Source: Perkinsela sp. CCAP 1560/9
Lineage: Eukaryota > Protista > Euglenozoa: Kinetoplastea
Reading direction: 5' to 3'
NCBI GenBank assembly: GCA_965644495.1
Contig: CBFFSA010000014.1
Location: forward strand, 275,906-339,905
Length of the DNA stretch: 64,000 nucleotides
The notes under the pieces were generated by a model, which was not told the origin of the DNA, did not search any database, and saw nothing but the letters and a program-made list of their open reading frames with translations. Made by a program: the position numbers and the translations under genes. Shown here in pieces: positions 45,928-58,355 of this stretch. Positions within the stretch are counted from its first letter, which is position 1, and every line of letters starts with the position of its first letter.

Positions 45928-46863
45928 TCATATAGTCTCTATCTGTGTATTTTCCATTTCAAAAGAAATTCCAAGCGGTAACTCGATTTCCCTTACTCGT
46001 CCACGTAAACTACGATTGTTTTTCACCCAACAATATCGAACCGCACTTGACAAGTACTCCACGTTTACCATTGATTCAAATTCATTGTCGTGTGCATACA
46101 GTTCAGCTAAGGAGTCTGGCAAACTGCGAAAATCCAACGTCCCACTCAAACGGTTGCAAGAGAAGTCCAAGACTAATAACTTTGTGGGAAGGTGACACAA
46201 ATCTACCCCCCCTTCAAAATTATTCTCTTCCAGCCACAACTCTTCTAGATTTGGAGGCAAATCTGTGAGATTGATGTTTCCAGTAAGCTCATTATGATCC
46301 GCGTAGAGCTCCTCAAGTGACGAAGGCAAGAAGTGCATCTCAAGTACGCCAAAAAATTGGTTATGACTAAAACTCAATGTTTTCAGTTTTGTCGGAATCA
46401 ATTTCGGTACGACTTCACCTCTCAATTTATCGCCGTCAATATTCAAAGATGTAAGAGTCACTGGAAGGTACTTCCAAGCTACTGAACCACGTATTTCACC
46501 ATGTACCAAAGAAAAATAACCCGATGTACTGCCCCACTTTATTGTTTTTACTTCATCCATCTCGTTACACGTCACACCCGCCCACTCACATGCTGTTACG
46601 TTTGTACGCCATGTGGGATGCAGACCTTCCAGATTTTCAACAAAACGAGCTAAATCGTATTCTTGTGGTAAAGCAGCACCACGAATTCTACCCGGCGCTC
46701 GTGATGTGGAGTGTGATGGTACAGAACCTGGTAGTGATGCCGTTGCCTCACTTCGAATAGATGCGTCGTCAGCAGCGGTTACAGATGATATACAAAGCAT
46801 AAAATATGGTAATGAGTATATTGTATGCATGTAATAGTAGTGACTTATCACGGGGCGACACAT
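45928..46863 (-). CDS. LRR protein with probable signal peptide
   Basis: Hydrophobic N-terminus, GRIRGAALPQEYDLA motif, ACEWAGVTC cap, about 6 LRRs. Confidence 0.88.
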   Translation of the reverse strand: MCRPVISHYYYMHTIYSLPYFMLCISSVTAADDASIRSEATASLPGSVPSHSTSRAPGRIRGAALPQEYDLARFVENLEGLHPTWRTNVTACEWAGVTCNEMDEVKTIKWGSTSGYFSLVHGEIRGSVAWKYLPVTLTSLNIDGDKLRGEVVPKLIPTKLKTLSFSHNQFFGVLEMHFLPSSLEELYADHNELTGNINLTDLPPNLEELWLEENNFEGGVDLCHLPTKLLVLDFSCNRLSGTLDFRSLPDSLAELYAHDNEFESMVNVEYLSSAVRYCWVKNNRSLRGRVREIELPLGISFEMENTQIETI

Positions 46864-47176
46864 CTTTTAGTTTCCTCGTGAATGAATTATCATTGTATTC
46901 ATACACCCCTTATCAGAAGTACTCCCTAGGAAAGTCAACTTTTTAGCATTGGGATAGTCAAAATTTTAATTTTTACATGATCGACCGACGGAAGTCTTGC
47001 ACACTCCGAATACATGTAATTTAAAGGCATACGCTAGCGTTAAAGGCATTAGCGTTTTAAAGGTGAGGGGCTGCGTGTTAGACTTGTGAAACACGTAGCG
47101 GTTTGTTTTTTGGTCTTCTTAAGCCGGTTGAAGGTCTAAAATTCAGTATTCAGGTTCATTTTGTATTTAACATATA

Positions 47177-47921
47177 CAGGGGTGTAAATTTGGATGTGGG
47201 GGGGTCTAAAATTTATAAAAATTGGACAATTTCGGAAAATAATAGCGCATTCGAGAGCTCTCGAACAGGGCTCATGAACGTAACATGACCGAACTAGGCA
47301 CAAGGGGGTATTACCCGCTAGACAAAGAACCCCCAAAAGCTATTTGCAACTTTCTAAAGCAATATCAAATATTAAAAAAAAAATAATAATAATTGCCATT
47401 ATCGTCGTTTTATCTCAATTACAATACGGCATCGCTTTCAAAAGCTCTTCGTGGCATTTTCAGGGGCCTTGAAACGCTGCTTCGATCGCGATGATCAAAT
47501 GTGCGCGATTCCGAGGGGCTCAACCATTTTTGAAGTCGCCCACTATGGAAAATAAATTTTTAGAGCGAAAAAGATTGTGTTGTTTCGTAATCGGCAACAA
47601 GAACCATGCACCAGCTTGCTTTTACGTGCCCAGGCGAGGAATAAGCCCTTTCGTAGTCTTTGTGTTCGGGCGATCTCCCACAACCCCGTCTTTGTTGCAT
47701 GAATCAGGGGAGAAGTCACAAAACCTGTGAAAAATGCAAGATTTTGTCTCCCAAAAAAATAATTTTTTTTTATGTGCACTTGAAAATCTAATTAACGCAG
47801 ATGCCGTACATGCACGTTCATGAGCCCTGTTCGAGGGCTCTCGAATGCGCTATTATTTTCCAAAATTGACCAAGTTGTACAAATTTTTGACCCCCCCCCA
47901 CATCCAAAAATTACACCCCTT
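47177..47921 (-). mobile_element. Degenerate Tc1 element related to 52857-54416
   Basis: CAGGGGTGTAA TIRs; minus-strand remnants PRNRAHLIIAIEAAF and RCRIVIE match the C-terminus of ORF 53086-54207. Confidence 0.75.
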
Positions 47922-48361
47922 TATACATATATATGTGCTGAGGAATAGCGTGTATGAGATTGATAACCTCAATAAAATATCTTTTCCTGACAGTTCCCTG
48001 TTCATATACTGTGACCCCCCCCTTTAATGTAGACACAATTTCGCGTTTTGTCTCTATTAAAGGGGGGGGATGAAATGAGAATCCGAATCACGAAAAAAGA
48101 AATCGGCGCCGCTTCGCGGCGCCTTTTTTTCTAACTCAATAAAAACCATCCCACCCTTATGCCTTGCAGAGAGGGGAAGAGATCGCTCGCACGCGCGATG
48201 TACGTGTTCCATAGCTGCTGCTTTACTGTATGTTATGGCCTCCTCGTCATTGTAATTCCCCCTCTTGCCTTAAAGCCGCGATATCGGCAACTGCCACCCA
48301 TAGAACGATTGATCAGGTTTTGATAATGTCTCGGAACCCCCGCAGGGCACCAAATCCCGTA

Positions 48362-48435
48362 CCCGGTGTGGGCGTAGTTGGCAGACGGTGGGCCTTCTAA
48401 CCTGTAAGTTGGGGGTTCGATTCCCGCTATCGACA
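48362..48435 (+). pseudogene. tRNA-like sequence, probably Arg(TCT)-derived; possible SINE head
   Basis: A-box-like TGGGCGTAGTTGG, CTTCTAA loop, B-box GGTTCGATTCCC; acceptor and anticodon stems have mismatches. Confidence 0.6.
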
Positions 48436-48767
48436 AACTTGCAGCCTGGCGGCCCCATTACAAAGGGAAAGCGATCACGAGTGCCTTCAAGGCCCACACC
48501 CAACCCCGATCCCCGGGAGGACCGACCAGGAACCGAGCTGAACCAGGCTCCAGCGCAGCCTCTAAATTGCGAGCTGCTTACGCAAAGGAGGCTTGAGACA
48601 CGGCCTACACGATGCAACGGGGTAGACGCCCGTCCTGGTAGCTACGGTTGGGTAGTCGTGCTCGGGCCGGAAGGCGTCGAGTGCCGTCTGGGAAAGGGGT
48701 TGAAAGATAATGAAGGTCGGTGACCTGAGACTCTACCCTAACGGTTGGCGCTGCAGAGCTCTCCGTG

Positions 48768-49370
48768 TCTTCTTCTTCTTCTTCTTCCCGTACCCGTCGT
48801 GGGCGTCAAACAACTTTAAACACGTCGGCACCCCCCTGGACAAGCGGAAACTGGTAGAGGCGTTCGGTTCTCGTACCCCCAACCGTCTGTGAAGGGCCTG
48901 GCGTGTCACCCTTGAAGGAGGGTGGCAAGTTCCCAAAGGAGGCACAACCTCCTGAGGGAGCCAGCGGCCAGCCTGGGCGACCCGGTGCCCTTCATTCACT
49001 CAGAAACGCATTTGCCGTCCTGCAATCGTCACCTCCGTTAAAGGTAAGAAATTGATGATTTCACGTGGTGCAAAGCGTCGAAACTGCTCTAGAGCGCGCG
49101 AAAGAGGGAGATGTTGCTTTTTCATGCAGGGCAAGACCTGCAGAGATATTTAGGCCCAGCAGGGGTAGGCGCAATCAACGCTTCCTGCTGGTCCTTTTTG
49201 ACTTCCTCGGCGACACAGGGAAAAGCGCGGGATATCTTCCCCGGGAAGGCGAAGAGAGACGGCCTCATCGGGATAAGGTGTCTCGAGATGTTCAGTGAGC
49301 GCAATGCTCCAGGGAAGATACACGGATTTGTGGGACGCGGATGGTATTCCCATCGTACATGCTGCAAATT
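48768..49370 (-). mobile_element. Probable 3' end of a non-LTR retroelement with (AAG)n tail
   Basis: Minus strand ends GCCCACGACGGGTACGGG(AAG)6; degenerate ORFs upstream with no recognised motif. Confidence 0.4.
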
Positions 49371-49375
49371 TTTCC

Positions 49376-49460
49376 TTCTGTACCTTGTTGGTACATTTTC
49401 CTTTAGTTCATCTTTTCTTTCCCCGGCAACGGGCATAGTCTTACTGTTTTGTATGCCCGT
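49376..49460 (+). mobile_element. Third, divergent SL-headed element 5' fragment, cut by a TA-CTGTACCCCCCCTAG MITE end
   Basis: TTCTGTACCTTGTTG|GTACATTTT...ACGGGCATA..TATGCCCGT homologous to the 34-kb copies. Confidence 0.8.
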
Positions 49461-50896
49461 ACTGTACCCCCCCCTAGTTTTCTGTCACTACTTTTGGTCA
49501 AAAGGTGACAGATAACTAGGCTGACCAGTGTGCGACAGATAACTAGGGGGCAGGTCACAAAAAAAGTGAGAGCATGGAATTGCAGAAACGGTATCTTTAT
49601 CGCCTAAGAAAATTCCTTTCTACCCCAATGGGGTACTGTGTCCCCCCACTTACATGTATAGTGCCGCAGGGTACCCCCATTTATAGTGCCGTTTAGAAAA
49701 AAAAATTGTCCGAAAATATTTTGACCAATCTTTTTTTGACCAAAAATGTAGAGTACACATTGTGTAAATTTCCAATATTTTCATTTATGGAAATCACTGA
49801 AACTTTATTATTAGTTCCCTTCATCCTGTCAATGACTGTCGATTCTCCCGAGAACGAGACGTCAGACAAAGCGCACACTCGTGGATCGGCGATTTCAGGT
49901 CCTTTGGGGCGCTGGTTTACGGTTATTCCGTCAGCGCCGAGAATTGGTCCCCCGGTGGCCAGCCGTCTTCCCACCAACACACTTGGTTCTCTTCCCATGA
50001 GCACACCTAGGACCTCTAGAGTGTGTTTGACTATGCAAGAAAAGTTGAATGCGTGTCTGAGCGAATTGGATACAAAAAAGCTGAACGAAAATATCGGATC
50101 ACTTTAATAACCTTCCGAAGTATTACAGGTAAAAGAAGCGGTGCCTCTTTTTATCAATCACGAATTAATCGTGATTTTTAGAGTGGTTTCTTTAGAGTGG
50201 TTTCTAGAGTAAAAAAAACAAAAAAATATATTATAGAACTACTAATTAGTATTGAGCGACTGTGTTCAAAAAAAAAAGAAAAATAGTAAAAAAACAAGTT
50301 TGATATAGGATAAATGGGGGAGGGCACCCCACCTATATTACAAGACCCGGACACATATACAGTGGCCGTCACCAATCTGAGAGTCACGAAAATGAAAATG
50401 ACCCTCTCAAAAATTCTCAAGACAAATTATGGTGTCAACATTCAACTCGAAAAGGACCTTGAAAATGAGAATAGGTCAAGAGGGACTCTGTTGTGCAATC
50501 TGAACTTCGAAAAGGAAGCATCCGCATAAAAATTCATTTTCACGTTTTACTTAATCAGCAACCCTGTATAGTATTTTTAGAGTACACATCCACAGCTCTG
50601 TTTATAAAATAATAAACCACCGTCCGGGTTATTATACCTAGGGACACCTATTGTACCTCCTAGGTATAATAAGTGCCCCTAGGGTCCTTATTATACCTCC
50701 CCCCCTACCGCATCAGAGGCAGGTACAGAACTTACAGGACCGTAAATTTGGATGTGGGAGGGGTCTAAAATTTGTAAAACTTGGCCTATTTTGGAAAGTT
50801 AGCGCATTCGAGAGCTCTCGAACAGGGCTCATGAACGTGCAGGCACGGAATCTGTGTTATTTGGATTTTCGAATGCACATATAACACTATGTTTTT

Positions 50897-51420
50897 TGGT
50901 AGACAATCTTTTGAATCGCAACAGACACTTGGCAGATGAACCAGTTCCTCTCCCTAAACATAACAGATGCATACTAGCGGCTTGGCGCGACGAAGTTCTA
51001 AGTAATATACCAATTGAACCCCCTCCGCACCCCGATGTGGTGCCTCACAACCATCGGTTATACACGGACGCGTCCAGTAAGGGATGGGGCGCAGTCCTTT
51101 ATCTGGATGATGGCCAGGTGCATAACTCATGGCCACATGATTTTCATTACGAAGTAAACCATGCGGAAGCGATGGCCGTGACGAATGCCATAAGAGATTT
51201 CGGGCATCATTTTAGAAAGGGGACATGCCTAGATTTGTTTATCGACAACACGTCCTGTCAGGGTGCCATTAACCGACGCGTCGCTAGATCCGACAATATA
51301 GCCAGGGAGCTGAAGAAAGTTTTAATGATTAGTCGACAAAAAAGGTATTTGCATTAAGGCTCAATATGTACGTTCTGAAAACAACCCTGCGGATCCGGTG
51401 AGCCGTTTAGAAAAACATTA
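50897..51420 (+). pseudogene. DIRS/TATE-like RNase H fragment
   Basis: LYTDASSKGWGAV, VNHAEAMAV, LFIDNTS, then YVRSENNPADPVSR in a shifted frame. Confidence 0.85.
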
Positions 51421-51570
51421 GTTTATTAAAATTTCAAACATACGAGTGATTCGTTAGCCGCCACTGACGAATGATTCTTAGCAACTAGTTTCTAGGTTCA
51501 ATATACAACAAAAAAAAATCTTATTCATATAGAATCATCAAAAATATATATATATATACAGGGGTATATA

Positions 51571-51867
51571 CAGGGGTGAAAGCCTCGTGGTGGTGGGGGT
51601 CTAAAATTCGTAAAAATTATCCAATTTTGGAAAGTAATAGCGCATTCGAGAGCTCTCACAGAGTTGTATGTTTTAGCACTATTTGCGGCCTGTGACTCAA
51701 CATGAAACGATGAGACAAAAAAAATCATGATTTTTTTTCTTGCCCAAATTTACGTTTTTTCAGTTTTTAGCTGTTTTTCAGTCAATATTAGCACTATATG
51801 CCCCAGAAACGGATTCGTTCCCGAACCTCACGTGGTGTACTCAGCGACAGGTCCTATTCCTCCCCTG
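51571..51867. mobile_element. Short derivative (first ~300 bp) of the 52857 Tc1 element
   Basis: Near-identical to 52857-53154, closed by CCCCTG-TA. Confidence 0.85.
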
Positions 51868-51874
51868 TATATAT

Positions 51875-52840
51875 GAGGGGCTGCGGGTATGCATCACCGA
51901 ACCCGCACCGAACCCGTGCTTTGCATTTGAGGTCGAACGAGGTCTATTTCAGCCCAAAAAAATGGATTGTACACGTACAAAGTAGCTTACAGTGTAGTTT
52001 TTTTAGCTTGTTACCGTACATAGCCGCCTTACTGTGAAAATACGGTGTATGCTGTATATTTTTCTTTTTTAGTTTCTTCGTTAAACGCGGTGGTTGTTTT
52101 CAACTTAGAAGTCACTCATGCTGCGCGCTTGGCGTTGAAAACTACCACTGCGTTTAACGAAGAAACTAAAAAAGAAAAATCGCCAAAATATCATAAATAA
52201 TCTATTTTTTTGGGTGAAAATTATATCATGTACGGCATTACCAGAGAGCAACTTACAGATTTTTTTCTTGAGCTGCGGAGAGCAAATCCTCTTGTCGCCA
52301 CGGACACTGATCTCAGATGCCTTAGCTCTTCCTTAGCTATGTGCGCTTTGAATTGTACATGGGAGCAACTGTATGATTTACAGCCCATGTGGATTGCTCC
52401 CGAAACCCCTCCTCTATCCATCAGGACTCTCCGCGATGACTTTAGCCGAATCGCTGAGCTTTGCCGCTCCCCTGCTCTAATGAATCCAAAACTTCGTTTC
52501 GAGCATGGGATATCTTGGTTGTCTGACGTCACATGTATGATGGACGTCACGACAATTCCATGCCGTGCAAGAAAACCTCGGGACGTATGGGACGAAGCTT
52601 TACAAGAAAAGAAGACAAAGGATTCAACTTATTCCGGAAAGCACAGGGAACGCTGTTTCAAAGTGGAGTTCTGGCTAACTCTTGCTGGAGTCCCCATATT
52701 TTTTCGCGGGCCAGTTCCAGGCAGTGTGCATGACGCAAAGATATATAAAGAGAGAACTACTCACGGAGCCTTCCTTTTTGATCAGCATGAACAAGAAATG
52801 TTTCTGGCAGATCTAGGGTACGTGGGTTGTCCTCGGTATA
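51875..52840 (+). mobile_element. PIF/Harbinger/ISL2EU-like (DDE_Tnp_4) transposon, 3'-truncated at the Tc1 insertion
   Basis: MDVTTIP, YSGKH....FK, PGSVHDAKI, LADLGY in ORF from 52210; GAGGGGCTGCGGGT end motif upstream. Confidence 0.85.
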
Positions 52841-52856
52841 AGAAGCTATATATATA

Positions 52857-54416
52857 CAGGGGTGAAAACCTCGTGGTGGGGGGGGGTCTAAAATTCGTAA
52901 AAATTATCCAATTTTGGAAAGTAATAGCGCATTCGAGAGCTCTCACAGAGTTGTATGTTTTAGCACTATTTGCGGCCTGTGACTCAACATGAAACGATGA
53001 GACAAAAAAAATCATGATTTTTTTTCTTGCCCAAATTTACTTTTTTTTCAGTTTTTAGCTGTTTTTCAGTCAATATTAGCACTATATGCCCCAGAAACGG
53101 ATTCGTTCCCGAACCTCACGTAGTGTACTCAGCGACAGGTCCTATTCCTCCCCCGCACGGGTGATACCAAGTCACCGTATGCTTCTTGTCTCAGATTATC
53201 TTGAGACAGGGTCCTATTCTCGGACAGCCCAAAACTTCGGCGTCCACGAAAATACAGTAAAACGTCTTGTGATACGCTATGAGAACACTGGAGACATGGA
53301 AAGCTCTCCTATTTCACGCCCATCTCCTGTCAGTACCCCTGCGCTGCACGAAGCAGCTATCCGCCTCATTGATGAGGGATACCGTGACCTCCCGTACGGG
53401 ATTGAGAACTGGTGTGCACTCCATAGAGTTGTGCTTTCTCTTGGATTTCAGTGTTCAAGAGCAACTTTGGTTAACGCCATGAAGAGCCATGGTATGATCA
53501 TGCGAACTTTAAAAAGAAAGCCCGCACTGACCGATGAACACAAGAGGAAACGAGTGCATTTTTGTTCTGAGATGCTCACTTGGTCAGATACCCAACTGAG
53601 ACAAATTGTTTTCTGCGATGAGAAGAAGTTCACTTGCGGTAGGGGACGAAACAAAATTACTTACCTTTGCCGGAAGACTGACCCCGCCAAGGAACAGCAG
53701 GGAGAGCTAGAACCTTGGTATGGAGGGAACGGCGTCATGGTGTGGATGGGGGTCAGTTTAAATCATGGATTTCATCTACACATTTTTCCCTCCCACGACC
53801 CTTCCGGCCGAAAAGTAACTGTAACAGGGGATGTTTTCAATGATGCCATGAAGAAGCGCAAAGGACTTTTAAATTATTTGAGGCGCCACCCATCTGGGGT
53901 CGTTGCAATGGATAATTGTCCTGTTCATAATTCTGCGCGAACAACCTTTCGCAACGAAGGTATTAATGTACTCTCTTGGCCTGCAAAATCCCCCGATTTA
54001 AACATCATTGAAAACCTTTGGGGGACCATGGACAGGATCAAAAATGATCTTCGACCCAAGAATCGGGCTGAATTAGTATCGGCCATTGAGACAGCGTTCG
54101 AAAGATTACAATCAGAACGCAAGCAAGAATGTATTAACACGATGAGCAGTTTCCGCAAGCGTTGTCGCATCGTTATTGAGCGAAACGGGTCTTCCTGTGG
54201 GTATTAAGGGTAATTTTTGACCATTTTTTACAGTTTTTAAAATTTGCAAATCGTGTTTTTGACCCTTCCATCAAAGGGGGGCACCCCCCTAACCCCCGCA
54301 AACTGCCTATCTTAAAACATACAACTCTGCGAGAGCTCTCGAACGCGCTATTATTTTCCAAAATTGGACAAATTTTACGAATTTTAGACCCCCCCACCAT
54401 GGGATTTTCACCCCTG
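52857..54416 (+). mobile_element. Full-length Tc1/mariner transposon, intact ORF 53086-54207
   Basis: ~105-bp imperfect TIRs starting CAGGGGTGAAAA within TA runs; HTH, KPALTDEHKRKRVHFC, VFCDEKKF, MDNCPVH, WPAKSPDLNIIENLW. Confidence 0.95.
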
Positions 54417-55099
54417 TATATATATATAAAAAGAAGCGGACAGGGTCCTGGGGTATGGAGGTTGTCCCTATAATTTTGGAAGGTTATGGATGTTAATCGG
54501 TTAACAGGTCTTTATTCTCACGCCTTTTTTTTTCGGAAGCAAGGTTCCCCAATGTGAGGTAGAGATGAGTAAAGGTTTCCTTTGCTCTGCGGTTAGCGCC
54601 TTAATGTTTTTTAGCCGCGTCACTGTTGACACGGCCCTACGCATCACGCCTAGTTGCTCCACACTTCTAGGTACACAAGTTGGTCTAGGGCAGAGGTTAA
54701 AAGCGTAACCTGCGTAGCTCGTGTGAGCTTGTAAAGGGCGTGGCAGTGGACTGGTCATCTATTGCTATCGTTATCCTTTTGTGAGTTCTGGGATGGTATA
54801 TGAAAAGTTATTTTACTATGTGATTGGGCATTTCTTTTGTTTATTTATATTGATTGTGTGACGTGTGTGTGGGCAGGTTGGCCGAGGGTTCCGGTGGGGG
54901 GAACCCCGTTAACAACGTGACGTATGATTATTGGTTTTATGCAGGCTTTCTTTTGAACGAGGTATAAGCGTGTGAATTCTATCTACTATACGTTCTTGGA
55001 TTTCGGGACGATTTGGATGTGTGATTATATTAGTCATAGTTGTTTACTTATATTTGTTTGTTTACGTATATGTTTTCATGGAGCCCCTCGGCGTGGATT

Positions 55100-57330
55100 T
55101 CAGACGTAAATCTTAAAGACAGTTGACTTCCTGTGCCTGGAGATGAGTTTGTTATTCCAAATCGATTTTAACTCGTGTATTTTAGTCTGTGCTGACTTTA
55201 TGCGTGATCGAATTTCAGGTCCCAGTGAGGCGTCTTCGTCAATAATAGTGCCTAGATAGGTGAACTGCTTTACTTGCTCTATTTTTACTCCGTGTAAAGT
55301 AAAGTCATCTGAGTAGTATTCTACCGCATTTTTTGGTTGGATGATTTGCAATTTGGTTTTAGACGTATTTATTGCTAAACCCCAATGTTCAAGTGTTTCA
55401 GCCAGCACGTTCGCTGATTGTTGCAGTTCTTTTAAGTCGTCGCTCCACTGGGCAATATCGTCCGCGTAAGACGATAGGCCAATAACGTCTTCACCTTGTA
55501 CACGGTTTCCTCTGCATGAACGCCCGCTGGGCAATCTCCATCGAACTTTGACACCAGAATGTGCTTTTTGGGAGGCAGCTCTAATAATACAGTCCAGGAC
55601 TCCGTTAAAGAGGATGCAGCTCAGCGCGCACCCTTGCTTCACACCCGTCAGAATATCAAATTTAGCACTTGTTGATCCATCTGTTGCCTTAACTGCTGCC
55701 GTAGTCCCGTCGTATAAAGCTTTTATCAGCTCTGCAAGGTGCCCACATACATGTATGTTCATTTTCCCTAGAACTTCCCACAAGACGATTCTAGGTATTC
55801 GGTCGTACGCTTTTGTGAGATCGATATAAAGTATATAAAGTGGTGTTCCTGTTCTATGTGCCTCCTCTGTAAGCCTCCGAAGTATAAAAATTGAGTCATC
55901 CGTGGACCGACTGGTTCTGAATCGATTTTGAGATTCCAGTAGCCGTCGGTCGATCCTTGGGGTAATTCTTGCGAGAAGAGCACTCGTTAGCACCTTAGTG
56001 GCGATATTGATGAGCGATATCGGTCTGTATGCATTTGGATCGTCAAGTTTTCCTGCTTTGATGCCCTTATAAACCCCCCACAGCGAAAAGTCACCCCCCT
56101 CTAACTTTTCAGCCAAGTGTCCGTTTGAGCTCATTTTTGTTGCATTTTGCTGTTCCCAACACAAAGACTTTGCGCGTTATAGCATGGAACCAAGGCTCTC
56201 AAATGCGTGCATCCGATAGATGGATTATCACTTCCTTCACATTTTTCAAGAGACCAATTTCTCACCCTTTAACAAAATAAATATTCCCCCCCCATGAGAA
56301 ATTCAGTTATTTTTGTCCGTTTTTGCTGATTTTTGTTGCGAACGAGAGATCTCGTTCTCCTAGCAAAGATCTTTGCCGCTATTTTTTAATATTGACCCAC
56401 TTGTGCCCCCTGGCCGCGGAGTGTTTGTTTTCTTAAATTAGTGTGGTATGACGATGCAAAAAAATAGAACCAAAAACAATTTTCTTTTTCAGTTTCTAAA
56501 ATGATCTAAAAATGGCGGGAACGTGTAGATCTCAGAATTTTGAACGAGAAAATGATATCTTAACCCCCTTAGGCCCCTTCAAGCAAAAAGTAAAGGGTGA
56601 CTTATTCGCTGTGGGGGGTTTATATGCAGGTAATCTGGGAATGTTTCCATGACTTGGGCATATCTACTTTTTCCCAGCAGAGGATGATGAAGTCCGCAAG
56701 GCGAGCAATAGTGGATTCACTTGCATATTTGAATAGTTCCGGTCGTAGGCCGTCTGGGCCTGGAGATTTAAGGTTCTTAAAGGCTTTGATATACCCGGAC
56801 ACCTCGTCGGCTGTCGGAGCGGCATTGTTTTCCCTTTCTTCCGATTGTCGTGTCGCGAGTGGTATCTCTGAGTGTTCAAAAGATTCAAGGTCATGTTTAA
56901 CCATTGAAAGATCGAACTTAGTGCTGTTAGTTTTGTGGATCATTCGCAAGTGTTTTGCGTGTTCTTCAACAATTTCTCGTGGGTCTGAAATAGACTTTTT
57001 ATCTGAGTTCGAAAGTGGGCAGTTCCCGTAATTGGGAATCTCATTGAGGCGTGAAAGGCGTTTTAGCGTTAGGAACATATTATGTTGGAGCCCTCTCCTT
57101 GCTTCCCATTCTAGTCTTTCGGTCTCTTTTTTGAAGTGATCCTTTTTTGCTTCTCTGCAGGCTTTGTTGGCAATGTATCTCGCTTTCCTGGATAGTTCTT
57201 TGGCGTCATCCTTATCGGCAAGGCTCGCATCCCTGATCCGTTCAAAAGCATTTTTCTTATTCTGTACTGCGCTCAAAGCCGCTTCCGTTATATTCTGGAG
57301 CAAAATTTCGATTTCGATCAGAGAACGGTG
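55100..57330 (-). mobile_element. RTE-like non-LTR retrotransposon RT fragment, split by a MITE
   Basis: KSPGPDGLRPELFK, YRPISL, IDLTKAYD, GVKQGCALS, YADD, FTYLG; removing the MITE restores ITCIYKGIK in frame. Confidence 0.92.
56072..56620. mobile_element. 549-bp non-autonomous Tc1-family element with TA TSD
   Basis: TIR AACCCCCCACAGCGAA.AAGTCACCC; internal blocks match 42415-42480 and (inverted) 16380-16730. Confidence 0.92.
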
Positions 57331-57332
57331 AA

Positions 57333-58341
57333 TTGTATGAGCTAAACGTAATGCCGATGGGACATCGTTGTGCGCCTGAAATAATGCACACAATCACCGC
57401 TACACTGGCAGGAGACCCGAAGTACTGCACAGAGCAGGGTGCATATTCCGACTCTTTTCAGGCAGATGTTTATGTCGATGGGTTGAGATTTGCTGGTACA
57501 ATTGAACAAACCGAAAAATATAAGGATTTTGTGGATAAGCGCGCACAGGAAGTGGGTGTAACGTTCAAGGATATAGGCAAAGAACCGATGCAACAGTACG
57601 TTTTTAATGGAGTAGAATACTGCCACGAGGAAGGAAGAGTTAGAATGGGACCTAAAATCGTGAAGCGCATGCAAAACGATCGTTTTCGGAACACGACTTA
57701 TGGAAAATTGGAGTCAGCAGTTGGAAGGTTGGTTCACGCATCGTTGGTTCTGGGTGAGCCCATCGCGAATTATCATTTTACGTTAAAATTGGTTCGTCGG
57801 CGTATAAATGCACTCAACAACAATCCATCATTACTGGACAGGAGAGCGTATCTCCCCCCGTATGTAACGATAGAGTTAACCAGGTGGAAGCACATATTGA
57901 TTTCCAACAGATTAATAACCCCTCCACCGCATCCTGACACAGTGCCACACCGCCACAGAATTTACACCGACGCATCGGGAACAGGTTGGGGAGCGATTCT
58001 CTACTTAGATTTTGGTCCTATTCTTTGTGTGGGAGATAGGTGGGAAGATGATTTCGTGTACGAAGTAAACCGAGCGGAGACGAGGGCCGTTCGTCTTGCG
58101 TTCGAAAAATTAGCGCATCACTTTCGACGTGGAACCTGTATCGATTTATTTATCGATAACACTAGCATCCATCAAGAAGAAGTCTACGAAGTCGGATGGG
58201 ATCAGTATGGAGCTCACTGGGCTGTTGAATTTTTTAAGGAAGCAAGGAATTGCAATTCAACCCCATTATGTAGCATCGAAAGAAAACCCCGCTGACCCAT
58301 TGAGCCGGCAAAGAATTGCGAAAGGGGAAACAAGTGACTAG
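57333..58341 (+). mobile_element. DIRS-order (TATE/VIPER-like) RT-RNase H fragment, frameshift near 58165
   Basis: MPMGHRCAPE, VYVDG, YTDASGTGWGA, NRAE, IDNTS, YVASKENPADPLSR. Confidence 0.88.
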
Positions 58342-58355
58342 CGAAAGGGTGGTCT

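Noticed and set aside
48236-48265. HDV-like ribozyme (TGG-CCTCCTCG-TCA resembles P3/L3)
   Set aside because: Could not find correctly ordered P1, P1.1 GG, J4/2 and P2
48390-48402. Amber suppressor tRNA (CTA in loop)
   Set aside because: CT-TCT-AA register fits Arg better and the stem is broken
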